A stretch of DNA of 64,000 nucleotides. Origin: Guillardia theta CCMP2712 (taxonomy: Eukaryota > Protista > Cryptophyta). The translations under genes and the position numbers were made by a program. The stretch's first letter is position 1. Every line of letters begins with the position of its first letter. This document shows positions 45,138 to 54,879 of this stretch, piece after piece. Where the stretch lies: positions 594,134 to 658,133 of the forward strand of contig NW_005434639.1 of the NCBI RefSeq assembly GCF_000315625.1. Direction: 5' to 3'. A model generated the notes under the pieces. It saw only the letters and a program-made list of their open reading frames with translations. It was not told the origin of the DNA and did not search any database.

Positions 45138-46565
45138 TCAGTAGGCTTGTGCTGCTTCTTGAGAGCTGCTACACGTCTCCGTCAGCCATGTCCACCACTC
45201 CTCCATCCCTCCATCCTCCCCGTACCTGAAGCCGATGCTAGAGACAGAGATGGAGATACCTGTGCGGCTGCCTTGATGCATCTCAGGGTATGAAAACAGA
45301 TCCTTGCTGAGCTCATCGCATCGAGCAGCAGCAACAGCAGAACAGGCTACGAGAAAAGCAGAGAACGATCTTCTCTTTTCCTCAACGACCAAAAAGCTTT
45401 GGGACAAGCACAAACGACCCAGACAGGCCTGCTCTCTATCCCTCGACGCTGTGGACTTTCAAGGGCTCATTGGACATAAAGGATCGGAGCAACAGGTCAC
45501 GTCAAGTCATCTCAACGGCCTCGCATTTTCTCAGTCGATCTCTCGCGGTCTAGACCTACGAGAGACGATCGCTCCTGCCCTCACTTCATCGTGTTGATCA
45601 TCCTTTGCTGCCCGTCCTTCTGCTTCTCACAGGCTGCCTGCAGGCTACCAACCTCCATCCCTACTCGTCACACTACTGCATGAGTGCAGGGAGGAGGAGG
45701 TTTGCAGCACAGGTGATGTGAGATCCGATAAGCACAGCTGTCTGTGAGAGACACAAGAGGTCTGTCTTCCTTCTGCCAGCTTTCTGCTGCATCTCCATGC
45801 TGATGTTATGTCTCTGCGCTACTTCTCGCTCTGCTCTGAATCTTAGAGCGTCGTCGACGTGTCTGCGGAGGAAGAGGGCGAGCGTCACTCGATGGCTCAC
45901 GCCAGGCACGTGAGGGCTGACCTGGAAAAGATATGGGGAGAATAGGCTTGTGGAAGGACGCCAGGTTGCTAGAGGAGTGCTGGGAACCTGCGACGTAAAC
46001 GAATGGTGCAAGGAGGGACATACCTGGAGCTTACGCACCATAGCAGTGGAGGGCTGGGCGGCTTGAATGCCTAACTTTGACCACGCGAGTTAAAAACAGC
46101 TGATGCTCAGGCAAATGACAGGGAAGCAAGATTGTGAAATGTAAAATCCTCTGCTTTCTCTAAAGGCCTCGTCCAATATCCCAACTTTCGTTGCTCCATC
46201 ACTGTTTTTGCTATTGTATCGTATCAAAACGATTTGCTCTGGCCTGAGTCAGAGTCTTGTCTTAGCATCTTCTCTCTTCTCCTTTCCTCCCCCATCTTCC
46301 TTCCTTCCTTTCTTCCCCTCCCTCCTCCTTCTCTCTTCCTCCTTCTCTCTTCCCTCTCCTTCTCTCTTCCTCCTTCTCTCTTCCTCCTTCTCTCTTCCCT
46401 CTGCTGCTCTCTTCCTCCCATGCTCTCTTCCTCCTTATCTCTTCCTCATCCTGCTCACTTCCTCGTTCTTTCCTCCTCCTCTTTCTCCTCTCCTCTTCGC
46501 GCCTACCTTCCGTTCCGCGACCTGCTGCTGAGCAAGGAGCGGCGGCGTCCGACCACCTACCCACT
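45138..46565 (-). CDS. Hypothetical multi-exon protein
   Basis: Coding-like segments (RRHVDDALRFRAEREVAQRH; FRYGEDGGMEEWWTWLTETC) separated by apparent GT-AG introns. Confidence 0.35.
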
Positions 46566-46699
46566 TCTTTCTACTTCCTGGTCCCCTACCCCTTTTCCCC
46601 CATGTAGTACCCCAGAAAATACCTAACTCTACCCACCCCCAGAATCTGAGGTGACTCTTCATCAAAGGCCGCACTGGTTCCTAGCTCAACTCACGTGCC

Positions 46700-47060
46700 T
46701 CATGAGCCCCAGTGACTCGGATTCCCGGACTCCTGACAGTCCAGCGCCGGGCCGGGAGCCCGGCCCCGGGCCCCTATCATCCGATCATCGCGCCGGGCGG
46801 GATCCCCGCCGCGAGACCGTACTTCCGGAGACAGGCTCCCGCCGCCGCGGTACGGTCGGACTCGAGAGCCTTCAGGCTCCGAGTCCGTACGCCGCGGGCA
46901 CGGTTCCGAAGTTCCGGGGGCCGCGCCCGGTCCGCGCGGCACCGTCCGGGGACTGAGTCCGATCCGTCACGTCGGAGTCCCGGCCGCGGCCGGCGGCACT
47001 GCACCGCGGCACCTGACTCGGCACTACTCTGCCTCGACTGAGTCAACCGGATGCCTGCCC
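46700..47060. repeat. GC/CpG-rich intergenic island
   Basis: Same word content as the other islands; TACCCC-rich left flank. Confidence 0.5.
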
Positions 47061-47335
47061 TGACCGTACTTGTGCTTGCAGACGCAAATGCCATGATTGT
47101 CAGGTCGCATCTAATAATGACATTTACTTCAAAGCTAGCCAGTACGCCGTTTGAGCCCGGGCCTCTTCCCTCAGCTCTTGGATGTAGTGGCACTGACTTG
47201 CCTTGCCAGCCTCCGCAGTACCGGCCTGGCTTCGAGGCTGGCCAAAAGACGCAGCTGGACCGTAGTGCAACTCGGCATTCAAAATATGATTGTCACAGAC
47301 TACACACCCCGACAAGGCCCCGGGTCAGCCGCATC

Positions 47336-47833
47336 TGTTACACCCCGAAGCTTTACGGGTTGCACACAAACCAAGCGAATGCTCAAAGAACCTCCGCTGG
47401 ATCACACAGATGGTGCTAGACAGTATTATCAAGCTTTATTGCAGCAACCACACCAACACAGGGAAATGCGTGGTACACAGAGGGAGGGAAGACAGACCAC
47501 ACCTAGAGATGAAGATCTTGATCCTTTTATAGACCTGTGGAAGTCCCAGGGGTAGTGGTCCTCGCTTGCACGAGTCTTCCTGCCTCGTGCCGTCGCTATG
47601 GCCCCTTTGGTCCATGCCCTGCTCCTGTTCTTGTTTCTACCAGAAAGGAGAGCTCCACCGGTGCTTGATAGGGAAGCCGTCCCGGAGGGGTCCGCCAGGC
47701 TTCTGAACCAAAGTAGCCGTTAGAGAATCACTGTCTTTCGTCTGGATAGTTGTAGAGGCTATCCTTGTGCGCTGTCCACATTTCGAGTGTTGACCACTCC
47801 TGTGTTGGGCTCGATATCCTATGAGCTCTGATA
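47336..47833. mobile_element. Probable solo LTR (498 bp) with 5-bp target-site duplication GCATC
   Basis: Flanked by GCATC at 47331-47335 and 47834-47838. Ends TGTTA...TGATA, one base from TG..CA. Absent from the inverted paralog, which has a single GATGC near 50381-50385. Confidence 0.65.
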
Positions 47834-47905
47834 GCATCGCACTGCCCCTCCTACTTGTTGTGACCTCCTGCCGGACCTCCAATGGCCCCTCCCTGCAAGT
47901 ACTCC

Positions 47906-48901
47906 TCACCCCGCCACCCCCAGCATCGACACCACCCACTCGTCTCCTGCCTCGCCTCCCGGCCCCAGCACACTTGCCGTCCTCTCGTCCTCGTGCCCCA
48001 GGATCTCGTGACCCCGCTGGTAGTGCTCCTCGTAGCAAAAGCCCGCCTCGCCCAGCTCTCGGTTCGTCTCCGGCGAGCTCTCCAAGGTCCACAGCGCCTC
48101 CAGCCCTGCCGACGCCTTGCCGTCCGCCCAGAACGCGTCCCCGTCATACAAGCAAGCGCTCAGAGGCCCCAGCCCGTCGTCGCTGTGAAGCCTGACGTCG
48201 AAGGCTCGAGGGCTGCTAGCGGCAGCCGGCAACGACTCGAAGGCTTGCTCTCTCCACTCCACGCACTCGCGTCCGGCGCTGACGCACCTGACGCAGGGGC
48301 GGGACGGCTCGCACCTCGTCTTGGTCTGACGGCAGAGCTCGCAGGCTCGCTCGACTCTCTTCCTCCTCTGCCACGGAAACAACTTGCTCGTCGTCGTGCC
48401 GTCCGCTTGCGAGTCTGCGCCGAGCGGAGCCACGCGCTCCTGCTCGCCAGCCCTCACGACGGCTGTTGTCGCAGCGTACTCCTGACACTCGCTGCAGGCG
48501 AGCATGAAGTTGGTCGTGCAGCGCGTGCAGGGCTTATCCATGCTGCACTTGAGCTTCCGCTGGCGGCATCCTTGGCAAGACCTTCTCTTCTCGGCCCGGC
48601 GGGTCAGCTTGGGCCAGCTCGGGCTATCAGAGGCGAGGCCGACGGCATGCCATGCGCTGTAGGCGAAGCAGACCTGACCGCAGCCCCGGCGGTTGCACCG
48701 CGAGCACGGACGGAAGTCATCGCACTTGACCTTGTTGAACTTGCAGCGGAAGCAGGCGGCGGAGGCTCGACGGGGGGGGGCGATGGCATCTTGATAGGAG
48801 GGGAAGGGGAGGGAGAGAGAGCCAGGAGCAGGAGGACAGGGGGCCTTGATAGGGGAGGAAGAAGGAGAAGTCTGGGCTTCGAGGGGAAGGGTGTGGAGCA
48901 T
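47906..48901 (-). CDS. Zn(II)2Cys6 (GAL4-type) transcription factor with three clusters, left copy
   Basis: ACFRCKFNKVKCDDFRPCSRC, SCQGCRQRKLKCSMDKPCTRC and ACELCRQTKTRCEPSRPCVRCVSAGREC; acidic C-terminus. Confidence 0.85.
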   Translation of the reverse strand: MLHTLPLEAQTSPSSSPIKAPCPPAPGSLSLPFPSYQDAIAPPRRASAACFRCKFNKVKCDDFRPCSRCNRRGCGQVCFAYSAWHAVGLASDSPSWPKLTRRAEKRRSCQGCRQRKLKCSMDKPCTRCTTNFMLACSECQEYAATTAVVRAGEQERVAPLGADSQADGTTTSKLFPWQRRKRVERACELCRQTKTRCEPSRPCVRCVSAGRECVEWREQAFESLPAAASSPRAFDVRLHSDDGLGPLSACLYDGDAFWADGKASAGLEALWTLESSPETNRELGEAGFCYEEHYQRGHEILGHEDERTASVLGPGGEAGDEWVVSMLGVAG

Positions 48902-49365
48902 GTTTCAAGGTGTGGGGGCAGGGAACGCTAGAAGCGGACCGCCACTTCGTGTCGGAGTGCTGCGTCGTCATTTGAAGGCAGCATACTAAAGGGGGGGGGT
49001 ACTGGCGCGTGGGGAGGGGAAGGGGTAAGAAGCAGAGGAGGGATGTGGGAGTAAAGGGGCTGGGGGTCGGGGGTCCGGCGGAGGCAGCGTGATCAGGTGA
49101 GGGGGGGGTATCGGTGACTCTGAAACTCCGGTGTCATCATCCGGAGCGAACCGACGCGTTTTCTCCGAGGGCGACCGTCACTTGGAGAACTCGCAACGGT
49201 TCGCTCCGGGGCCTTAATCCTATGGACACCTATACGCCCCGAGGTCCTAGGCTCCTAGGACTCAAAGGCCCCCTACAACGGTGCTCCGAGCGTCAATCAT
49301 TAAAAAAAATTAGTAACTGATTTTTAACGTGCTCACCTTCATCTCCTTCCTCCCCTCGGTCACCT

Positions 49366-50313
49366 ATGCCCTCCCCATGTCCTCTTGCTCCTGGCTCTCC
49401 CTCCCTCCCCTTCCCCTCCTATCAAGATGCCATCGCCCCCCCCCGTCGAGCCTCCGCCGCCTGCTTCCGCTGCAAGTTCAACAAGGTCAAGTGCGATGAC
49501 TTCCGTCCGTGCTCGCGGTGCAACCGCCGGGGCTGCGGTCAGGTCTGCTTCGCCTACAGCGCATGGCATGCCGTCGGCCTCGCCTCTGATAGCCCGAGCT
49601 GGCCCAAGCTGACCCGCCGGGCCGAGAAGAGAAGGTCTTGCCAAGGATGCCGCCAGCGGAAGCTCAAGTGCAGCATGGATAAGCCCTGCACGCGCTGCAC
49701 GACCAACTTCATGCTCGCCTGCAGCGAGTGTCAGGAGTACGCTGCGACAACAGCCGTCGTGAGGGCTGGCGAGCAGGAGCGCGTGGCTCCGCTCGGCGCA
49801 GACTCGCAAGCGGACGGCACGACGACGAGCAAGTTGTTTCCGTGGCAGAGGAGGAAGAGAGTCGAGCGAGCCTGCGAGCTCTGCCGTCAGACCAAGACGA
49901 GGTGCGAGCCGTCCCGCCCCTGCGTCAGGTGCGTCAGTGCCGGGCGCGAGTGCGTGGAGTGGAGGGAGCAAGCCTCCGAGTCGTTGCCGGCTGCCGCTAG
50001 CAGCCCTCGAGCCTTCGACGTCAGGCTTCACAGCGACGACGGGCTGGGGCCTCTGAGCGCTTGCTTGTATGACGGGGACGCGTTCTGGGCGGACGGCAAG
50101 GCGTCGGCAGGGCTGGAGGCGCTGTGGACCTTGGAGAGCTCGCCGGAGACGAACCGAGAGCTGGGCGAGGCGGGCTTTTGCTACGAGGAGCACTACCAGC
50201 GGGGTCACGAGGTCCTGCGGCACGAGGACGAGAGTCAGACGGCAAGTGCGCTGGGGCCGGGAGGCGAGGCAGGAGACGAGTGGGTGGTGTCGATGCTGGG
50301 GGTGGCGGGGTGA
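49366..50313 (+). CDS. Zn(II)2Cys6 transcription factor with three clusters, right (inverted) copy
   Basis: Near-identical reverse complement of the left copy. Homology continues to ~50535 (partner 47180). Confidence 0.85.
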   Translation: MPSPCPLAPGSPSLPFPSYQDAIAPPRRASAACFRCKFNKVKCDDFRPCSRCNRRGCGQVCFAYSAWHAVGLASDSPSWPKLTRRAEKRRSCQGCRQRKLKCSMDKPCTRCTTNFMLACSECQEYAATTAVVRAGEQERVAPLGADSQADGTTTSKLFPWQRRKRVERACELCRQTKTRCEPSRPCVRCVSAGRECVEWREQASESLPAAASSPRAFDVRLHSDDGLGPLSACLYDGDAFWADGKASAGLEALWTLESSPETNRELGEAGFCYEEHYQRGHEVLRHEDESQTASALGPGGEAGDEWVVSMLGVAG

Positions 50314-50529
50314 GGAGTACTTGCAGGGAGGGGCCATTGGAGGTCCGGCAGGAGGTCACAACAAGTAGCAGGGGCAGTGCGATGCGGCTGACCCTTGTCG
50401 GGGTCCGTGTGTAGTCTGTGACAATCGTATTTTGAATGCCGAGTTGCACTACGGTCCAGCTGCGTCTTTTGGCCAGCCTCGAAGCCAGGCCGGTACTGCG
50501 GAGGCTGGCAAGGCAAGTCAGTGCCATTA

Positions 50530-51620
50530 CATCCAGTAAACAACATTACAAAATGCTACCTGACACACACCCCTGAGCATATGCCTTGGATCCGCCATAT
50601 GCATATCCATGGAAAGCCCAGATTCGAGGCAATCGAACATCACACAGCAGTACAGGAGCACGTGGTAGATGGAGTGAGGATCATGGAACAGGCTCCCATC
50701 CTCCTTATCACGGTCCGCTGGACCATGGCGTTTACCCTGAGGCTGTTACGGCAACTACAGAGGTTCATCAAGACGGAGGCCACGATGCCCTTGGGCTCCA
50801 TCCACTTCGCAAACCTCTCAAAGAAGCGCATGGGAAGATGGGAGTCCATCCTGCCCAGCGCATCCTCGTGATCGTAGAGGTCTTAGAGGATATCCCTCCT
50901 CCCGGTCCTGAAATTATCCCTGTAGAGAAAGTCGAAGCCGCCCTCAGAGCCGGGGACCAGCGGCGGTAATACCCATCCGCCCCGCGGACATAGGCCGTCC
51001 CCTCCCGATTCACATCGAAGGGATGGCGGAGCTCGAGGTTCTTCATCACCGCCCCAAAGCCCGAGGAGCTCGCAACCCTCGCAAGCCTCTCGTTCGACCA
51101 GTAGCAGTGCCAACCGCAGCCAGTGAAGCACACCATCACGTCGTTCCTGAAGCTGGAACCGAACCTCTTCTTGCCAAGCTTCGAAGCCCCATACACAGGC
51201 TTGAAGCCATCCACCAGCTCCCGCATTGCGATATCATGGCTATACACCGCGCCGAAGTGGAAGGAGACCAGACGATTCCCCATCTTCTTCATGAAGTCCA
51301 ACACGCTTATGTTGTTCTTCTTCAGGAGCATTGGAAGGGGATAAGGCACGCGGAGTTCAAGAAAAAGGAGCATCAAGACCATTTATGGAATGGATACCAT
51401 GGGAATGGAGATGAGGAACGGGACCGGGATGGTCCAGACTTCCGCAAGTCCCGTTGTGGAGACCGGGCAGACGCTCCCCTGCAATGTCATCGATGCCCTG
51501 GAGGGGGCGATGTTTAACGTGAGCTGCTCGGGGAGGGTGGATTTCATGGTGGACATCCTGGACCGGAGGGGAGATCCAGTGGTGGTGAGGTGCTTCCACC
51601 GGGCCTGCTGGATATTAAGC
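50530..51620 (-). pseudogene. Decayed coding-like sequence of unknown family
   Basis: Coding-like ORF 50768-51382 continues in another frame (GFDFLYRDNF..*..DSHLPMRFFERFAKW) with stops and frameshifts. Confidence 0.35.
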
Positions 51621-51672
51621 ATAAGTTTCTCACCCCTGTCGATCTAGAACAGACTCTTGCACATACATCTAG

Positions 51673-51673
<1 letters not shown>

Positions 51674-51705
<32 letters not shown>

Positions 51706-51742
51706 AGGGAGGGAGGCAGGCAGGCAGGCAGGCAGGGAGCGA

Positions 51743-51806
<64 letters not shown>

Positions 51807-51898
51807 TGGGAGGGAGGGAAGCAGGCAGGGAGTGAGCGAAGGCAGGCAGGGAGGCAGTGTGCAGGCAGAAAGGCAGGGAGGCAGGCAGGCAGGCAGGC
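51674..51898. repeat. (GCAG)n tetranucleotide microsatellite
   Basis: Direct observation. Confidence 0.95.
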
Positions 51899-52018
51899 AT
51901 ATAGACAGACATATGAGTCTGTATTAGAGAAACATTGAAAGGTTTGTATGGGTGGGGTTCAAGTACTAGGAGGCTTAGACATGTTGACAAGGATGTTTCA
52001 ACAATCATTGAATTCACC

Positions 52019-53375
52019 TCAGGGGCGACGTAGGTGATTCGGTCTTTCAGGAAACACCTTGAAACAAGCGAGTGTATTCAGTGCCGCATTCCAGTCCCGG
52101 GATTTAATCGGCTTTTCTTTGCAACTGCCACGATAATAGTCAGACGAAAAGGTGAATTACGCCAGTATACAAAATATTACCTCGATGATCTGGACTTCTC
52201 CTTGTTTCCAACCTCCAGGTCCCGTCTGGTTTTTTCCTTTTCATTTCAATCCGTCGAAGTACATAGAGCTCAGAACCACAATCGTTACAGCACTTCGTAG
52301 TGCGATATTCGTCAATATCGACGACTCTGTAATGATTCTCGAATCCCCTTCTGCTCCTCCTGACTGGTACCAGCCGTTCTCCTTAAAGTCCTGAAGACGG
52401 GAACCTTGCATTTCCATAGGCGACAACAGGTTCTATTTCTCCCAATGTTTTCATTCGGCGGATAAACCTGTCGACTAACTTTCGTTTCGAAATGTAGATG
52501 TCGAATTTCATTCTGGCATTCCTTCGCTTTGAATAATGCGTTGTTAACTCTTCCCAATGAGTTGCAATTACACGAAGGTAATCTTCGAATCTTGATAGAC
52601 TGCCGCCGGACTTTCTCGGGGATGCCGTGAAGGTCTTTTTCGAGAGACCACGATCTTCGAAGAATTTCAACATAAACATTTGTCTCGATTATCTCGAACA
52701 GATTTTTCTGCAACCTCTGATCAAATTTGTCATATGAGAAACTAAAGAATTCGTCGTCCATTGATAATCCAATAAGTTGCCTTATAGAATGAATGAAGAT
52801 TCCTATCTGCTATGAATTATCCCTGTTAAACACGCCTGTCTTCAGCTTGTAGTCTTTCCTTTGAAACAATACATTCTTAACGTCTTCGATTTCTTGCTGA
52901 TGATTAATATGTAACTCTCCTTTGCAGAATTGGGTAATGAACGTTCCCAATCGGTTTGTAAAATTTGCTTTCAGGTCTTGGTAGAAATTCGTTCCATATT
53001 GATTTGCAGCGAATACAATTGCTTGTGAATCCCTTTTGATTCTACACAGGTCAACGAAAAGATGTTTTTTCTCTGACCAGAAACGGTGTAGAGTTGGATA
53101 CTTGTCATCTTTACGGTTTAATTGTTCCATTCCAAGCGTAAAAACAGTCCAGAAGAACGTTGACTTCGCTCTCTTGATTTCATCGACTACACCTTGTAAG
53201 TTCCCTGTATCTCTTCCCCATATCAGAAAACAGTTGAATATCATACTGCCTCTTAATGTGATCTGACTGATATGTAGTACCCATCTATCGATCACGTCCA
53301 AGATTGATCTATTCTCTACCTTTAGTATGGAATACAAACCACACTTGACGACTCTTGTAAACGGGTATGCTAGTC
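52019..53375 (-). pseudogene. Degenerate Fanzor1 (eukaryotic TnpB-like RNA-guided nuclease) gene, internally deleted
   Basis: N-terminal TRVVKCGLYSIL..ISQITLRGSMIFN and QAIVFAANQYGTNF..NFTNRL. VVAYGNARF, RuvC-II VDIDEYRTTKCCNDC, RuvC-III SRDWNAALN and terminal ERPNHLRRP*. In-frame TAA at 52383, frameshifts, no RuvC-I segment seen. AT-rich relative to host genes. Confidence 0.85.
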
Positions 53376-53644
53376 TGGTGAAAACGAAATCATGCTAGAA
53401 AGTAGACGGTCACTACATTGTTCCATTACCGTCGTTTCAGTGCATTGAACCGTGGGCCACAAACTTTTCTGAGGGCGGGAAGACAGGAGGCCTACCACAA
53501 ACTTTTGTGGGTGCTGTATGAGGGCCTAAAACAAACCGGTTTGATTTTGATTCTATTCTTAGTGCTTACTACATGACTTTTAGCATTTTAACTCGACTTT
53601 TTCCTCCTGTACAATACTTTTAAGAGAGGTTTTCCCTGCTAGAG

Positions 53645-53655
53645 TCTATTAAAAC
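53645..53655 (+). promoter_or_regulatory. Possible TATA-like element for the H3-tail/TBP-like gene
   Basis: TCTATTAAAAC about 40 nt upstream of ATG 53691. Confidence 0.3.
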
Positions 53656-53690
53656 TTCGTTCATGGATGGAGGAGGCACCAGCCCACGCT

Positions 53691-54612
53691 ATGGCACGCA
53701 GCAAGCAGATCGCCCGCAAGTCGACCAGGTCTACTCGTTTCCTCCCCTCCCTCTACTAATCTCTACTTCGAACAGCATGGCATCCGGACTGCCCAGGTGA
53801 GCTCGCGTGTGCGTCTAGCCACACTCATGATGGTGTGTCTCAGCGTGGTCAAGATCGAGTCGGAGGACGCGAGCTTCTCGCCCCACATCCGCATGTGAGT
53901 CGTCCAAGATCGTCCGTCCCTCCTGCTCGCTGACCTCGTACCGCTCCCAGTCACAACGTAGTCGCGCTCGCCAGGATCAAGGGCCCTCTCCGCCTCGACA
54001 CGCGGCTGCTGGCTCGCAAGCTGAAGAACGTTCAGTACAGGGGAGACCTCAAGAACTGCTTCGCCGTCACTTTCTGGTTCAAGGACTGCTCTGCCTCCGC
54101 CACCGTCTTCAAAACCGGGAGCATCCGGCTGGCAGGAGCCAAGTCCGAGTCAGCGGCCTTGACCCTGATGAGGAGGGTGGTGAGGAGGATCGCGAGGATC
54201 ATCGAGGAGGTGCGAGGCTTCGACAAGTTCAGGCTCGTCAACACGGTCGGTGGCTTCGAGACGAGGGGCTTCATCGACAGAGAGAGGTCCTACCTCAGCC
54301 TCGCCCGCAAGCACCCGGCTACCTACGAGCCCGCGCTGGCAATGGGCATCATGGTCAAGCTCGAGTGGCTCAAGGTGACGGAGGCGGGAGGGGAGGGAGC
54401 GGGCGACTGACGCGTGCGAGCAGGTGACTGTGCGCATTCAGCGGCAGAGTGTGCAGATCTTCGGGGCGAAGAGACTCGGCGACCTGTCGCTCGCCATGCA
54501 GACCGTGATGCCGCTGCTGGTGTACGTACAGGAGGGAGGCAGCTACCAATGGACGGGCCGGGGATGGGGGAAGTCCACGGCAGGAGGGATGTGGTTTTTG
54601 GGTGAATCCTAG
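53691..54612 (+). CDS. Divergent TBP-like protein with N-terminal histone-H3-tail-like exon, right copy (4 predicted introns)
   Basis: Exon 53691-53728 encodes MARSKQIARKST. A 47-nt GT..CTAAT..CAG intron (53729-53775) joins it in frame to SMASGLPSVVKIE..IHNVVAL..VFKTGSIRLAGAKSE..VNTVGG..YEPALAMG..IFGAKR. Confidence 0.8.
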
Positions 54613-54664
54613 GGATCAAGTATTACTGACGAGTGTGATTAAATGAATGTTTGTCTTTACTTGT
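53773..54664. repeat. Right arm of outer inverted repeat
   Basis: Reverse complement of 44054-44943. Confidence 0.92.
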
Positions 54665-54879
54665 TTTGTTCTTCTCCTCGATCTAGTAATGAGTGAGATT
54701 CCTTGACCAGGCACTATCAAATCCGAGCATTTCTGTTGGACTAGAAATTAGATTACAAGTCCACAACACAACTTCCGAAAGCTCTGTAGTGAAAGAAAGA
54801 TTTACTTTTTACAAAGCGGAATATTACATATCAAAATCTGTATGCATGCCTCTTGTATATTCAGTTCACTTAAGAACAC

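Noticed and set aside
47882-50337. 349-aa and 325-aa ORFs antisense to the Zn2Cys6 genes
   Set aside because: GC-rich antisense shadows with no recognisable motifs.
50768-51382. Glycosyltransferase family 17 call from GWHC motif
   Set aside because: A single short motif is insufficient support.
52019-53375. Active Fanzor nuclease
   Set aside because: In-frame stop, frameshifts and no visible RuvC-I region.
53691-53760. Intact histone H3 gene
   Set aside because: Similarity ends after residue 12 and no histone fold follows.
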